From NCBI RefSeq assembly GCF_009914755.1, contig NC_060935.1: DNA of 64,000 nucleotides. One strand, 5' to 3'. This document shows positions 12,281-27,053 of this stretch, piece by piece. How positions within the stretch are numbered: the stretch's first letter is position 1; the number at the start of each line of letters is the position of its first letter. The notes beneath the pieces are model-generated. The model made no database searches. It was not told the origin of the DNA and saw only the letters and a list, made by a program, of their open reading frames with translations. Origin of the DNA: the human T2T-CHM13v2.0 reference genome, Homo sapiens. A program made the position numbers and the translations under genes.

Positions 12281-13944
12281 TGTTCAATATTGGCAAGGTA
12301 CATTAAGCCACTCCAACAATCTTTAGTTTGTGGAGTTTAGTGGAGGTTGGTTTGTAGCAGTCATGCTCAGGCTATAAATACTACCCCAAATGCAATAAAT
12401 ATGAAATAAATGTTATAATAGAAATAGTCCTATGGTACCATGGAGCACAAAAGTTGGACAAGATCATTAGTTCATTTTATCTCAGAAATGTGAAGGGGGA
12501 TCTCAAAAGTCTTCTTAGAGGCCTTGGTGGATGTGTGATGTGTGGGGTGGATGGAAGAGAGGTAGAAAGGTCACACAAAAGAAAATTTCCAGCCATGAAT
12601 ATATTGTGTTCTAAAATATGTGTGGACCTGAAAGAGTAGAGCGATTGTGAAATGTAAGGGGATTGACAAAGCTGGAGAACGGGGGATGCCCCTCTCTTTT
12701 CCCTGGCAATTTTGTAAATTGTACTATCTAGCCGCTGGACTGAGATTTTAAGTGTGCTATGAAAAGTGGAAAACCAGAGTTATTTTGAGGTGCAAGTGAA
12801 ATTAAGTTTCCATCTGCAATCATATGGTTATAAAGAGTGAAGGCAGGCGATTGAGAGGATATCAACATTAAATTTACCACCAAGGAATCAGAAGCAGTAG
12901 AAGTAAACCTCTGCTGAGCTTAAAATACCCTCTTCAAATATTAGGAATGCAGTTTTGATTTAAAGTTTCTTGTCACTTCATTATGATGCCTGCACTAACC
13001 AATTCCAATGGGAGAAGTCCCAGAATCTGGACTGCTACCAACTAGAACATCCTCATTACTTCAAAAGTCTGAATCTTTACGTGAAGACAGTCCTCCTCCT
13101 AACAGGCATATGGAAACTAACTTTGGGATGTCTGCCCGGGGTGTGGATCGGTTTGCGTAGGATGAGCCATACTTGATTGCTGGTTTCTGCTTGCATTTAG
13201 CAGCAGTAACCAAGAAGCTAAGGGAATGCATTTTTAGGGCATGATACTGAGCAAATATATGTGGCCTTTAGGAAGGGATGCAGCTGCAGATGTGGGCATC
13301 TGAATCCGAGGCCTCCATAGGAGCCAACCACGCAGAAACAGCTCAGCCCACCACTGTGCAGCTGGGCAGCCCTCAGCCTGTCTTTTCATTTTAACTGGGT
13401 TTTAAAAGCAATACCCAAGGAAACTGGTATTCTTTTATCAAAACAGGCTCTAAGAAAAATCACACCAGAGCCAACAGGGGAGAAAAAAATGTTTGACATG
13501 AATAAAATTAGAAAGCACTCTATCAAATGTAATGTTTTTAATTTTTTTCTCACTCTTCAATGGTTTATCATCTTTAGCTACAATAATGATATAGCACTTT
13601 GGGAGGACAATTAGAAATTTTAGAAATTTTCCTAAATAAATTTTTATTAGTTCAGTATCTGCTCAATAACAGCAATCACAAAATATCATTACAGCAATGA
13701 TATGCAGTTGTTTTCCAATAAAATTCATTGATCATGCCATTTGAGCAGATGGTCTGGAAATATCCGCTTAGAAAATATTATTTTAAAAAGTAAAAGATTC
13801 ATGTACGAAAATATTCATCATAACATCATTTATATTAGGTAAATTTTCATTTGAGTCAACCCTTTTGTATTTGAAACGACCTAAATATCTAACCACAGGG
13901 GATGTTACTAGGTGGTGAATAATGCATGGATTAGTCTAATAAAG

Positions 13945-14278
13945 GAACCACACGCTATTATTGTCTGCAGCCTGTTTTTGAAAGGGCCCCTGATGTTAAG
14001 AATAGTATTTTCACTTTTGAGTGGTTGAAAAAACAAATTAAAAATACTATTCTATTCTGACCTGTGAAAATTGTATCAGATTAAAATTTCAGTGTCCATA
14101 AATGTTTTATTAGAGCATAGAATTGCTCACTCATGTACCTATTATAATTGTTTACATCTTGTCAATAGCCACTGTGCTACAGTTACAGAGTGCAGTAGTT
14201 GTGCCAGAGACCATAAGACCCACAAAGCCTCAACTATTTACCATCTAGCCCTTTACGGAAGAGGTTTGCTGATCCCTG
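13945..14278. mobile_element. MER58B-like hAT-Charlie element
   Basis: aaatttcagtgtccataaat, agtagttgtgccagagaccata, gccctttacggaagaggtttgctgatccctg. Confidence 0.75.
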
Positions 14279-14289
14279 CTCTAGTAACA

Positions 14290-14520
14290 AGAGCAGAAAG
14301 TATACATTCCGGAACTAGGCTGACTAGTACTGGGTGCCAACATTGGCATTTATTATACATGTGACACTAGAAAATACATTTATCTTCTCTGTGTTTCAAT
14401 TTCCTCAATGGTAAAATACAGGTAATAATAGTACCTATCTTTTAGGGTTTTTGTAATCATTGCATTGTAATTCATGACATGCTTACAGCACTGCTCTGTA
14501 TGGAGTAACCCCAGTGAAAG
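14290..14520 (+). mobile_element. MIR SINE
   Basis: ctctgtgtttcaatttcctcaatggtaaaatacaggtaataatagtacct MIR core. Confidence 0.7.
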
Positions 14521-15699
14521 TTATACGTATTTGATTTGTACTGACATAAAAACTCAAATGTTAGATAAAACACTAGATAAAATTGTACCTATACTATGAA
14601 TACAACTGTTAATAATATAACTTTCACATAAAAACTGTCTGGCAGAAAATATGCCAAAATATTAACAATGATTACGTTTCATTGAGAAATTTTAATTTTC
14701 TTTTCTGTTGTTCCCAAGTTTACTATACTTACTGAATTACCTATATATTGCTAAAACAATCACGAATATAAAAAAGATAGAGACTGCTATAACTATGGAA
14801 ACACTTCTGTGAAAGTGCGTTTTACATAGAAAATGAGCACACAAATGTAAGTAATGAATATTCTGTGTTTCAAAGGCTTTCCTCCTCCTTCTGCTCCTTC
14901 ATACGCTCTCACACTTTTTTTACAATTATATTTTTTTCTACCAAAGGGTGAGAGTGACACTTATGCACTTTCCTTTTCACCTGTGCTGCTGGCCATTTGG
15001 AAGTGGGAGAAGACAAGCTTGCCCAAGCTCATCCCATTACACATATTGCTAATTACCACTGACGTCCACTGACAGCACACTTCATTAACCACATTGAAAA
15101 ATTCATTCCCCAGCCTCTCCGCTCCAGGCACTTGTCCCCAGCAGCCCTCCCCACAGACAGCTGCATTTTTATTCTGTGTTAAAAATCCCCTTATTCTTAC
15201 AATCAATCAGTCAATAAAGAAGAGAACTTTCAGGTCAGCTCAGGGCATGTGACTGGATTCCTGAAGAAAAGTTTGAACATGTGTATGTTGAACACCAATC
15301 CGTAGCCACAGTTTATTAAAACCATTGATTTCCCCTAATGCTGTCTTGTTTGAAAAAGCAACTCACATATTTCATTCTTTCTATTCTGTAACACCTGAAA
15401 ATAGCACAAAAACACAAAGTTATGAGTACCTAGGCAAAGTGAATTCTGTCACAATGAGTCCACAGCTAAGGCAGGGGATTAGGGCTCTAATCATTTAGTT
15501 TCATCTAATTGGTGAAGTAAATTTTTTCTCAAGTGACAGATTATATTTATAGGGCTTATATTAAATACAAGGGGACCCAGGAAAAGTAGATTGTTGGTGC
15601 AACTTGCCCTGATCTGTTTGGTAAAGATTGTTTGATTCAACTTGGCACAATGTCTGGTATGTTAAACAGCACACAATGAACCCCATAATAATTCAGTCT

Positions 15700-15797
15700 A
15701 TCTTTCTATCCACACATCTATCCATCCATCATTCTATTCATCCATCCATCAATCCATCCATCAATTATCCATCATCCATCCATTCATTCATCCATTT
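15700..15797. repeat. Degenerate (TCCA)n repeat
   Basis: Direct observation. Confidence 0.85.
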
Positions 15798-16248
15798 ATT
15801 GATTTACACATGTATTTCTTCACGTATAAAACTGGGTAAAACAAAAACTTCAATTCACAGCCTATAAGAAATAGCTAAGTTGTGCCACCATTCAACAAGC
15901 ATGATTTATTTTTTAAATATCTACTGTTTAGGCAGATGCTAAGCAAGATATTGATTATTAAAAATTTGAGATATTAATGATTAATAACATTACATCCTTG
16001 CCTTTGATAAGCTAACAGCCTAGTAGGGAACACAGACAGGGAGACACATATATTGAACACACTTTAGTAATCATAATAAAATAGCATGTCCAAGGTTCAG
16101 AGACTGGAATGATGTGGGGAGGAAGCCAGAGAGAGATGTCCCACATGGAAGACAGTCCTACATGTTACCCAGATGGGAGATGCTGAGTCTGCTGCAGATT
16201 TTTCCATGCTATTAATCCCTGATTTTGCTGGGTTTCATACATATTTAA

Positions 16249-16650
<402 letters not shown>

Positions 16651-17207
16651 TAGTCAATCTCTTTTTAAGAGCAAGAGGCACAACTTCAAGAAAGGAATGG
16701 ATTCTTCTCATGTGACTGGATTCATACTTTATTTTTCTCTTTCTCACTTCACTCTCTCTCTTTTATAAAATAGTTTCTTCTTTAAAAACTATAATCTTTA
16801 AACACAGAAGTATTCTTTAACGTTATACAGGATCATTTTTATTCAAGTGCTAAATTTGAAATTGAGTCAAATCTCCGGGACTCAACAAAGGATACTTTCT
16901 AATGGACCCAGAAATGTATTTATTTTTATACTTGAAGATAAGACAATTGAGCACTAGAAAAAGTAACCCAGCACAGAGAACCAAGGAGAAGGAATCCCCT
17001 GAGTCTTCTCAGGGACTCACTGGGCTATATTTTTCATCTTCCAGTGAGAGCTCTAATAGAATGGTAATATTCTATTATGCAAATAAAGATGGTAATATAA
17101 TTTTAAGACAAGATCCTTAGTCACAGCTTGGGCCTGTCAGGTAATGTTACTTTGCTTTTAGAATTGACATTTACTCTTTCCTACTATTAACAGGCTAATA
17201 ATTATGA

Positions 17208-17292
17208 AAGAGGAGGGGGAGGAGAGGGAGGAAGCAGAAGAGGAGGAAGAGGAGGCAAGGAGGAGGAGGAGAAGGATAAGAAAAAGGAGAAG
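17208..17292. repeat. GA-rich low-complexity (GAG)n tract
   Basis: Direct observation. Confidence 0.85.
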
Positions 17293-17847
17293 ACTCAGTA
17301 AAAAATATGACCTTACAATTTAGGAAAGGGTTCTGTTCCTTAACAAAGAAAAACTGGAAATGACCACATCAGTTAGGAACTCCATGGCCAAGATCTACCA
17401 GTGAAGGAAATTAGCACAAGGTGAGATAAAGCTTCAGCAATTTATTACCTACATACCAAGAACATTACCAGGGATCCTAGAAATAGTGCTAGTTGATATT
17501 TTAAAGAATTTTCTTTTCCTTTGTTCTATGAACAAGAACAATAAAAAGAATTAAATTAATGACAGAGCATAAAACCTTCTAACAATTTTCATTAATATAA
17601 GCCACTGTCTCTTCTGGTAAGTGTACTGAAAACCTATAGATCTGGTTATATTTCACTAAATAAGTTTGTCATGATCTGGTTATTACATAGAAAGAACTAT
17701 AACAGGGAAAATCAAATTGGCATTTAGTGTATCATTTTTTATGTTATTTAGAAATAACAGAATTCTCAAGTCAGACCAGAACATAGGATGATGGAAGGGT
17801 TTCTTACTCTAACGATGAAAACCAGGGTCTAGAATTTGACTCAAGTA

Positions 17848-17954
17848 TTAGGTTGGTGCAAAAGTAATTGCATTTTGTTTTTTGCGTTTTGTTTTGTTTT
17901 GTTTTACCATTGACAGCAATGGCAAAAACTGCAATTACTTTTGCACCAATCTAA
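17848..17954. mobile_element. MADE1 (Hsmar1-derived MITE) with internal (TTTTG)n expansion
   Basis: TIRs ttaggttggtgcaaaagtaattgc / gcaattacttttgcaccaatctaa, flanked by TA on both sides. Confidence 0.92.
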
Positions 17955-19074
17955 TATAAAATCTATAGGGATCTTTTCTTTTTCAGTAGAAAACTACCTA
18001 GCTTCATGAATATATGAATAGAATTGTAGGTTTCTGCAAGTACCTAGAAGCTATTTTCAATATTAATTACTGGCAAACAGATATCAATACACAAGCTGAT
18101 AAAACAGAGTTTTTAATCCACTGTAAACCATTTGTGAAACCGCTTATAAAATTATGTTTCTGCTCCAAATATTACTTTCCTGTTAAACCTTGGCCTAATA
18201 TTTTGAGTCCAGTTGTGAGGCTTTCCCTGATTTAATAAGCCCACATAAGTAAATCTCCCCTGTCTCTTTCATACACATTTTGTGGACTGCATGTATTATT
18301 TATTCATTTTTGAATACTTCTTATTAGTGGCTTCCATGTCACTTTAACTAAATTATAAACACCTTGAGCTTCAGGCTATGATTTATACTTGTTATGCAAT
18401 CTTCTGATTGCATGGGAGAGGTCTGCACCAGATGTGGGAGGTTCAGGACATATCCTAGGCACATTAAATGCTGGGCCAGTTATTCAAGAACTATTTATTG
18501 GATTACTCTGTGCCAGGTTCTCTACTATGCTCTAATTATCAGACACATTCCTTGTCTTCATGAAAATCATAATCTATGAGGTGGCATGGTGAAACAAGTA
18601 GGCAAATAAACAACTACAACTTATCATAGTTCTCTGAAGAAAACATTTTGCTTTCAAGAATGAAAAAGAGCCACTTAGGCTTGACAGTACGTAATCTCCA
18701 TCCTTACCTTTATTATTTTCAAACCATTTGGTATGACTCCAGTTCAGAAATTCCCAACCACTTGGGGAAAATAATGTCCTTGTAGATCCTCTATAACGGT
18801 GACTAGAAATGTGTTTCTCAAACAATCTTTCTGAGTAAGAATTAGATCAGAAACTGGGGAGAGAGAGTATATGAGACTCTCAAGGTAGAGAATTGGAAGT
18901 TCAGCAGAGAGTGTCACTAGGTTAATAGAGAGTGGGTGGAGGGAGATAGGGGACATAACTATTATTACTGTAAAGTACTCTCTACCCCAGAATATATCAC
19001 ACTTAGTAAATAAGTAGTTGCATATTTCATGGTAATAAGTGGTTGAACTCCCATAAATAAGATTTTATCTTCAG

Positions 19075-19610
19075 TCCAGTGGCTGAACAATACCCACTTA
19101 TTATATCACAAATTTACATGTCAGAAGTCTGGGCACAACTTAGGTGGGTTCTCTTCTTAAGGTTTTACAAGACTGAAATTAAAGTGTGGGCTAGAGCTGG
19201 GGTCTTATTTGAGGCTTAGGATCTTCCTCAAATGTTACATCATTGTTGGCAGAATCCATTTACTTATAACTGTAGAACTCATGGAAGCTTGCTTCCTCAA
19301 GGCCAGCAGGAGAGTGTCTTGCTGTTTTGAATCTCCTTTTCTAGGGAGGGTATGAATGAACCTTTATTCTTTTTTTTAAGAGCTCACTTGATAGGTTAAT
19401 CTTACCCAGGATAAATCTCTTTTGAGGAACTCAAAATCAATTGACTAGGGATCATAATTGTACCTGCAAATTCCCTTCGCCTTTGCCTCATAATATAACC
19501 TAATCACAAGGGTGAAATCCCATCGCAGCCAAAGTTCTCACCCACATTCAAGGTTATACAGGGCATGGATACCAGGGTGTTGGAATCTTGGGGAGCATTA
19601 AAAAAATTCT
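19075..19610 (-). mobile_element. MLT1E/F-like MaLR LTR
   Basis: tcagaagtctgggcaca, ttgttggcagaatcca, caaggccagcagg, tacctgcaaattccctt. Confidence 0.65.
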
Positions 19611-19809
19611 TATTTTTGTAATTTCTCTTTAATGAGAAAATATATCTCTTATTTTGTTAAACCACTATACATATAATTTCTTATAGATGAAGAATAATCA
19701 TTAAGTAATAGTCTTTGTGTTAATGTATTTTTCCATCTCAAAAATAAGCATAATTAAGCATACCTATCACAGGAGTTTAAGAAGTGTATACTGTAACCTT
19801 TAAAGAATG

Positions 19810-20224
19810 GTTCTATGGACTAAATTATGTATCCTCTAAAAATTTGTATGTTGAAGCACTAACGGTTAACATAACTGTATTTGGAGACAGGACCTTTAGG
19901 AAGGTAAGTAAGGTTAGAAATGAAATCATAGTGTTGGATTCTAATCTGATAGGGCTGGAGTCCTTATCAGAAAAGGAAGACATGGCAGAGAGTTCTCCCC
20001 TTCTACATGTGAACAGAGAAGAGGCCACTTGAGGGCACAGTACACAGTGAGAAGCAGGCCATCCACAAGACAGGAAGAGAGGCCTCACCCGAAACCAACC
20101 CTGATCGCACCTTAGTCCTAGACTTCTGGTTTCCAGGACTATGAGAAAATACATGTTTGGTTTTTAAGCCAACCAGTCTTGTTGTTATATCATGTTGTTT
20201 TGGCAGCCCTAGCATACTAATATA
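19810..20224 (+). mobile_element. MLT1A/B-like MaLR LTR
   Basis: tatggactaaattatgt...tatgttgaagc, gtatttggagacagg, gcagccctagcatactaatata terminus. Confidence 0.8.
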
Positions 20225-22599
20225 TGTATTTTAAGAAGAAAAACAAGGACAACAGAATTAGATTCAGAAAGGAAGTCAAGACAGGCAAATGCATAAAAAT
20301 GGCAGTGAGAAATCAGATGTAAGGAGAGTAAAACAAAAAGGTAACAGTGAGGATACAATACTGCCTTTACATAATCACATATTAGACTTTACAAGTAGAG
20401 CTATTTCAGGCATTTCATCATGTTTCATGACAGGGAGTCATCAAAATATATTGGATTCCTTTCCTGTAGTAGTAGGTGTCTAGTGATACACTGCTGTGGT
20501 GATATATGTGTTTTCCACACACATTTTATAGATTTGTTCAGAAAGGTAAAAGGTATCTAGTCGGAGAGAGAGACAATGGACCACATACCAAAAACATCAG
20601 TAAATAAGAGTGAAAGATTTCCCATAATGACAAGAAAGCAGTTAGTTTAATGATGTAGTATGGTCTCAAAGGAGTTTGCTTTTTTAATGCAATGACAGGG
20701 CAATAATGGCTTCAACAGAAATGTAGAAAACTATAAGCACTCCTGCCTTTCTATACAAGTTTGTGGTGCAGGTATCATGCAAGAATAAAAACTTTGAATA
20801 TCTGTAGAAGAATAAGTGATAATGTAAGCATGTTCCTACGAGTAAGCAGTGAATAGGCTACATATACGTGTTGTAGGGTCTCTGATGGGGGCCTCCATTC
20901 TAGAAATATACAAAATCCATCCATACTTACTGCATAGCATTGACAATCGTTGTGCTTGCTGCTGAATGTATACTATTCACACGGAGGCAAACTCATCAAG
21001 ATGTGTTCCAAGTTCATTTATATTTCTAGGCCAGAGATCTTGAAAACATCTGGGACACATTTCAATATAACACTAGAAATGAAGTATGACTGTCTATATT
21101 AGCATGCAGTATATGTTTAATGAGACTTAAAAAACTCTCCCCTCATTCTACCCTATTAGATTCCTGCCATGAAGGGAATTATATTAGTATAGGTATATTC
21201 AATCTTAAATGACCATAGACCTAGGTTTATGGAGAGAGATTAAAACAAACAAAGGTCTTAGTACAATCCAATGAGAAGAAAAGAATCATTATGAACCTCA
21301 GACCAAGATGATGGAGAGACCCTGACACTGAAGTTCCTGCCAAGAAACAAATTATTTCTGCTATCTTAAGTGACGAGGGATGTGGAAAATTCCAGAACAT
21401 CAACTTTCCAAAAATTCAAGCATGTGGAGAAAAGAGTCAGCTATAAAACTATTCTTCGTCATCTAAGTGTGAATTGATTCTAAAATTAGAATTAAAATTA
21501 AAATAAATTTTCCTCTATCAAAACATGTGCATGTGCAAGAGAAAATAAATTATACTGATAACAATGGCAAAGTATAACTTTTAAAACATGATTTAAAACC
21601 TTTAAACACTTTTCCAATATTCAAACTTTGCAATGAAATTCAAGAGATAAGATTCACCACTTAGGAAGGAGAGAATTTAGAATGTGAGGTATAGCTGAGT
21701 TTAGACATTGATATTAGATAGATTGCTGTTTTATATGGGACACTCAGGGGTAATAAATAAAAGCTGAAACTCAGCAAACACACTACAAATACATATGCCC
21801 TTACATATTCTACTTTTGTTTTCATTTGCCTAGTCATTTACCTCCTGAGATATGCCAGAAATCTTCATACTTTTGTCTATTTAATTGTGGGTAATATAAA
21901 ATCTCTATATATAACATGAATTTTTACTGCAAAATTTAGTATTCTAACATTTTGTCAAAGAGATACACATTTATTTGGAGCTGGTCCTAACAATGGGAGA
22001 AGAAATATGGATAGAAATTGATTTACAGAAAGAAAGAGTTTTGTAATCAACATACATACTGGAAGAATGTTTTTCATATAAAGTTACAGGAGCCTATACA
22101 AAGGTTCTCCCTACTCTTCCAAAATGGCAAAGAGCATTTCTAGATACATAGAAAGAGGAGACTGAACAGATCTTAGATTGAGGAGAATTACCCTCAAACC
22201 TTTCTTGTGGTGTGAAGATTTGCTTAATAGCAACAAGGGGAAAAGAAGGAGGAGAGAATTATAATTTATAATATCTGTGTGGGCAAGGCAAAGGTTTGCA
22301 TACCTTAAATACTTAACACTGTAGAGATTTCTTCATATAAAATCATTTATTTTGCATCTTAGGAACAAGGGCATAGGAGGGTATGGAGCAAATTGATGTA
22401 CATATTAGTATTGCAATAGACCATTAGATCATTCCAAAGTGTTTCCCAAGTTTGAAACCCCTTCCCGAACCAGGTTGTGGAAGATTCTATTTGATATAAA
22501 ATATTAGCTGCTCCTGCATGGAACTGAACTTTCCTGCTGTGTTGATAACAGGTTTGATGATGTAGCTTGTCTCGCCTTTCATAGTGGGACAATTAGGTA

Positions 22600-22930
22600 T
22601 CTCCACCTCACTGATGTGAGGAACAGCTATTTGACTCACTTTAGCTAATTAATTTAAGAAGATGTAATGTGAGCCTTTTCTAAGCAGAAGTTCGAGCCTA
22701 ATTATGGTTCTACCAGTCCTCTTTTCCCTCTGCTCCTGGACAAGTTATTTTCTCAATAAGGACTACTCTGCAGCCTGGATCCTAGAATGAATGAATCCGG
22801 AGTAGAGCAGAGCCACAGATCACCCACAGATAACAATAAACAGCAGCGTAAAAAAAAATGTATATATATAGAAGCCATTGAGATTTTGGAATTGTTACTA
22901 AAACATGCCTCAGTGGATTCTGACATTACA
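22600..22930 (+). mobile_element. Old MLT1J/K-like LTR fragment
   Basis: cagcctggatcctagaatga and aagccattgagattttgg resemble MLT1 3' portion. Confidence 0.5.
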
Positions 22931-24013
22931 CAGAATAATGTCAGGGGAGGTGGTAGAAATGCATAAAAATTATATTTTATACTAAATATTATATTTTAAA
23001 TACAATATAATATTTTGAGTATATTACATACTCAATACTCTTGTATTAGAGACTTACCAAATCATTTTGACAAGTTACTGGTAGTTAACTAGAGTTATGC
23101 CAGTCAATTATTTGTTACTATCCAATCTTAAGGATTCAGTAACATATTGCAGCTTATTCCCTGATTTATGTATCATCTCAATTAATCCTTTGGATCATAA
23201 TAAAATTCAGAAATAACTTCTTCACAAACAGATGTTCTTGTGAATTCCTTGTTGGGAGAATCAATCTTAAAAAATTTTTCAGGAGTGAAATATAGTAATA
23301 TGTATCTAACCTTTACAAATTTCACATGCTGTGAGTTGGCAATTTCTAATTTAGGAAACACTGTGACCAGTAGACATATGCATAAAGCCTCAGGAATACC
23401 ATTACTCCATTACTTATAATATTGAAAAAATGGTTTAAAAAGTCCTGAATATCCAACGATCTAAGAAGAACTAAATAAATCCTGGTTTATTTTTAAAACA
23501 AGCAGCCAGCATATACGATGTCATAGAGGGACATTGAATCCCAGGAGAAATGCTCCAAATATATTAAGAGGAAAAAATCATATTATAACACAATATATAT
23601 GATGTGATCCAAATGTTATTTTAAACATATAAGTATATAAAGGCCTATAAATGCAAAACAGGTTATTTTTGTTTTATTATTTGTATTTGTCTTTTTTTTC
23701 AAAATTATCTGCTATGATTTTGTATTACTATCATAGTAAGATAAAAGATAATGTTCTATAGTAATTACTGAATGAAAAAAGGATATTAGTGGTAATATAC
23801 TACTTGTATAAAATATACATAGATATACATACGGTAAGAATTTAGAAAAACGTATATAGAACTATTAATAGTGATTAAATTTTAGACTGTTGATGAGAGG
23901 CAAATGAGAAGACAATTTTCATTGTTTTTGCCCTGTGTAGGTTAATATCACACACTTTTTACAATGAGCATGTGTTAATTTGTAATTTAAAATACTTCAC
24001 TAATCATGTTATT

Positions 24014-24340
24014 TTATTTTTTTATTTTATTTTTATTTTTATTTTATTTTATTTTTTGAGATGGAGTTTCACTCCTGTGGCCCAGGCTGGAGTACAATGG
24101 CCGCGATCTTAGCTCACTGCTAACTCTGCCTCCTGGGTTCAAGTGATTCTCCTGCCTCAGCCTCCCGAGTAGCTGGGATTACAGGTGCGTGCCATCATGT
24201 CCAGCTAATTTTTGTATTTTTAACAGAGACAGGTTTCACCACGTATGCCAGGCTTGTCTCGAACTCTTGACCTCAGGTGATCCACCTGCCTCGGCCTCCC
24301 AACATGCAGGGATTACAGGTGTGAGCCACCTCGCCCGGCC
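24014..24340 (-). mobile_element. AluS (Sq/Sx-like), full length
   Basis: Reverse Alu dimer with (TTTTA)n tail; short TSD ATGTTATT on both sides. Confidence 0.95.
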
Positions 24341-26765
24341 AATGTTATTAAACACAGCAATATATGCATGCTGATACACATATGTGCACACACAAAGAAA
24401 CACACACACAGACACACATTTTGAGCCTTTTAAATGAAAGACAATTGAACTCAGTGGCTTCATTTTTATATCCTTGATGCACTCACTACATAGAACAGAA
24501 AAATGTAGTTACCCAGTCTTATAAACCTTCGAAGTGGTGTGAAAGACTAAAATCCAGGCCAACTTCTATAGACAGTTTAGAGTTATTCTTAGCTCTGGGA
24601 TCATGCTCAAGTATCTACCCATTTATTTCCCCAAAGAGAATGTACTATTCACACACACATTGCCTAGGCTTTGGTCCAATGTTTAAGCCTCAAAAACAAA
24701 AAATCACTTGAGGAAGAAACAAAGAACTCTGAAAAATCCAGGTCACAGAGTGTGAGAGAAAAGGACTTCGCACAGAGTATCAGGTGAGACTTGGGGCTCT
24801 CACTTACTTAGTCAGCTGTGATTTTTGGATTGGTCAATTTCGATCCTCAGTTTTGTTCACCTCTGTACAGGATTTGCCTTCCTTCCTCAACCTTAGGAAA
24901 GCAGAGACTACTGTGGGTATACATGAGTAATTGAATAATCAAATGATTTGTCCTAAAGAAAGATGTATTTCTATTTTGTCCTTATAGTAGAATATATTTT
25001 ATTTATGAGAATGTATAATGCACAAGAATTTTAAGAGGTAAGATTTACTCTATCATATTATCCAATTTCTTTAATGTTAAAATGTGCATAAAGTTTCATT
25101 TTTCATTTGGTTTTATATTCCAATGGAACTCACTCTTTTCAGAATGCAATACGATCCATGGCTATTTATGGTTTTACAAGTTTCATAATGTATCCCAATA
25201 AAACTATTATAGCAGGAAAGGGGAATTAACAAGGATAAGGGTAATTGAGTCATAATGCACACTGTCTATAAAGTTAAAATGTTTTTAATCATAAATGCAG
25301 CAATGACTTACAGAATATAATTCTTAGAAGTTCTGAGTAGGCTAAATAAAGCCTAACAATCCCTCTTATAACAATGAGTTTTGCCCATAGTATTGGTGAT
25401 TATTTTTAAAATGCATTAATAATGTAACACTGAATTGCTGATAGTACACTTACACACGGTTGTTATTGTAAATTAGCATGAGTCATATGTATTCAAATCC
25501 ATAAAATGCTTACACTATTTCATTCTGTGATCTATCATGAGAAACTAATTCAAAGAGGGAAATAAAGCATTGCAGCCTTATCCTAAAATAGTGGAAAATT
25601 GGAACCAAGATACATATCCAAAAAATAAGAGCACTGTTAAAAATATGTTGTAATTATCACACTTTATGGAAAGGCTGTGACAGAAATATAGTTATAAATA
25701 TTAACAACATTGGAAAAAATAAATGGACCATCCCTATATTTTAGTATCTAATGTAGTTTACCAACTGAGTCAATAGAATATACAATATGCGGTAAAAAAA
25801 AGCAGATAGTAAATAAAATGTTTGTGGTGATTTAGCAATATACAACTCCTATTCATGAAGACAACAGTGGAAAAGGAAAGAGGCTTAGCTGGGATTACAG
25901 TTGTGTTAGTTGTGGGGTTTTAGATGACGTGGTTTCCCCAGTTCAGGAAACTGCTTAGTGTATTATTTTTGTAATTATGAAAAACTAGAGAGAAATAAAC
26001 ATAAATAACTCTTTTTGAGTTTATACATTCAGGGCAACAAACATTTTTTTTTTTTTTAATTCTTAGAGTTTAGTACATAACCTGACTCCGGGAACTTCAT
26101 TCTTCATGACTTTCAAGCCTTCACAGATCACAATATCACAGATCATATCATATCATGTCTTATATTATCCTTTCCAAGCTGCCTTTTTATTATTTCCATC
26201 TACCTGATGTTTAACCCATTTTCTTGACTAAAGTCAAGTGGTTCTGTGAGGGAAGGGCTTGGGATTGACTGGATTGAATGATTTCATTTAGACATCTATT
26301 GGCAAGTTTGAACACTATTTTGCTAAGCCCTGCTCAAGTGGCTTGCCACAGAGGTGACACGATAAGAAATATCTAATCCATGTTTAGCTGTATCTCCCAG
26401 AACTTACTCTCATTTTTGTTGGATATTTCCCAAAGCAATATGAGTAAATAAAATCCCATGTTCCTGTAAGATTATGGATCACTCTCTTTCAGAGCTTGGT
26501 ACAGAAAGTAAGCTAACAGAAAGGGAGAATGAAGTGTGGATCAATATTTCCTACATTATATTTTACTATGAATTGGCAAAGATTTTTTAAAAATTGTGAG
26601 GGACAGAATCTCAGTGCTCAGAAACCAATATTGCATTGCAGAACAGTGTACTTCCGATAGGATCTTCCCTGCTTTCACAAGAAATCCTGGCGGTTGTTCT
26701 GAGTCCCTGTTTCTTTTATTAATAATATATGTTATTGCTGGTGACAAATTATGCTGTGCTTTTTT

Positions 26766-27053
26766 TTTTTCTTTTGAGACCAAGTCTCGCTCTGTTGCCC
26801 AGCCTGGAGTGCAGCGGTGTGATCTCGGCTCAGTGCAGCCTCTGCCTCCCAGGTTCAAGCGATCCTCCTGCCTCAGCCTCCTGAGTATCTGGGATTACAG
26901 GCACTCACCACCGTACCCAGCTAATTTTTGTATTTTTAGTAGAGACGGGGTTTCACCATGTTGACCGGACCGGTCTTGAATTCCTGACCTCAGGTGATTA
27001 GCCCACCTCAGCCTCCCAGTGTGCTGGGATTACAGGCATGAGTGAATTGGGCC
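26766..27053 (-). mobile_element. AluSx-like
   Basis: Reverse Alu dimer; TSD TATGCTGTGCTTTTTT at 26750-26765 and 27054-27069. Confidence 0.95.
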
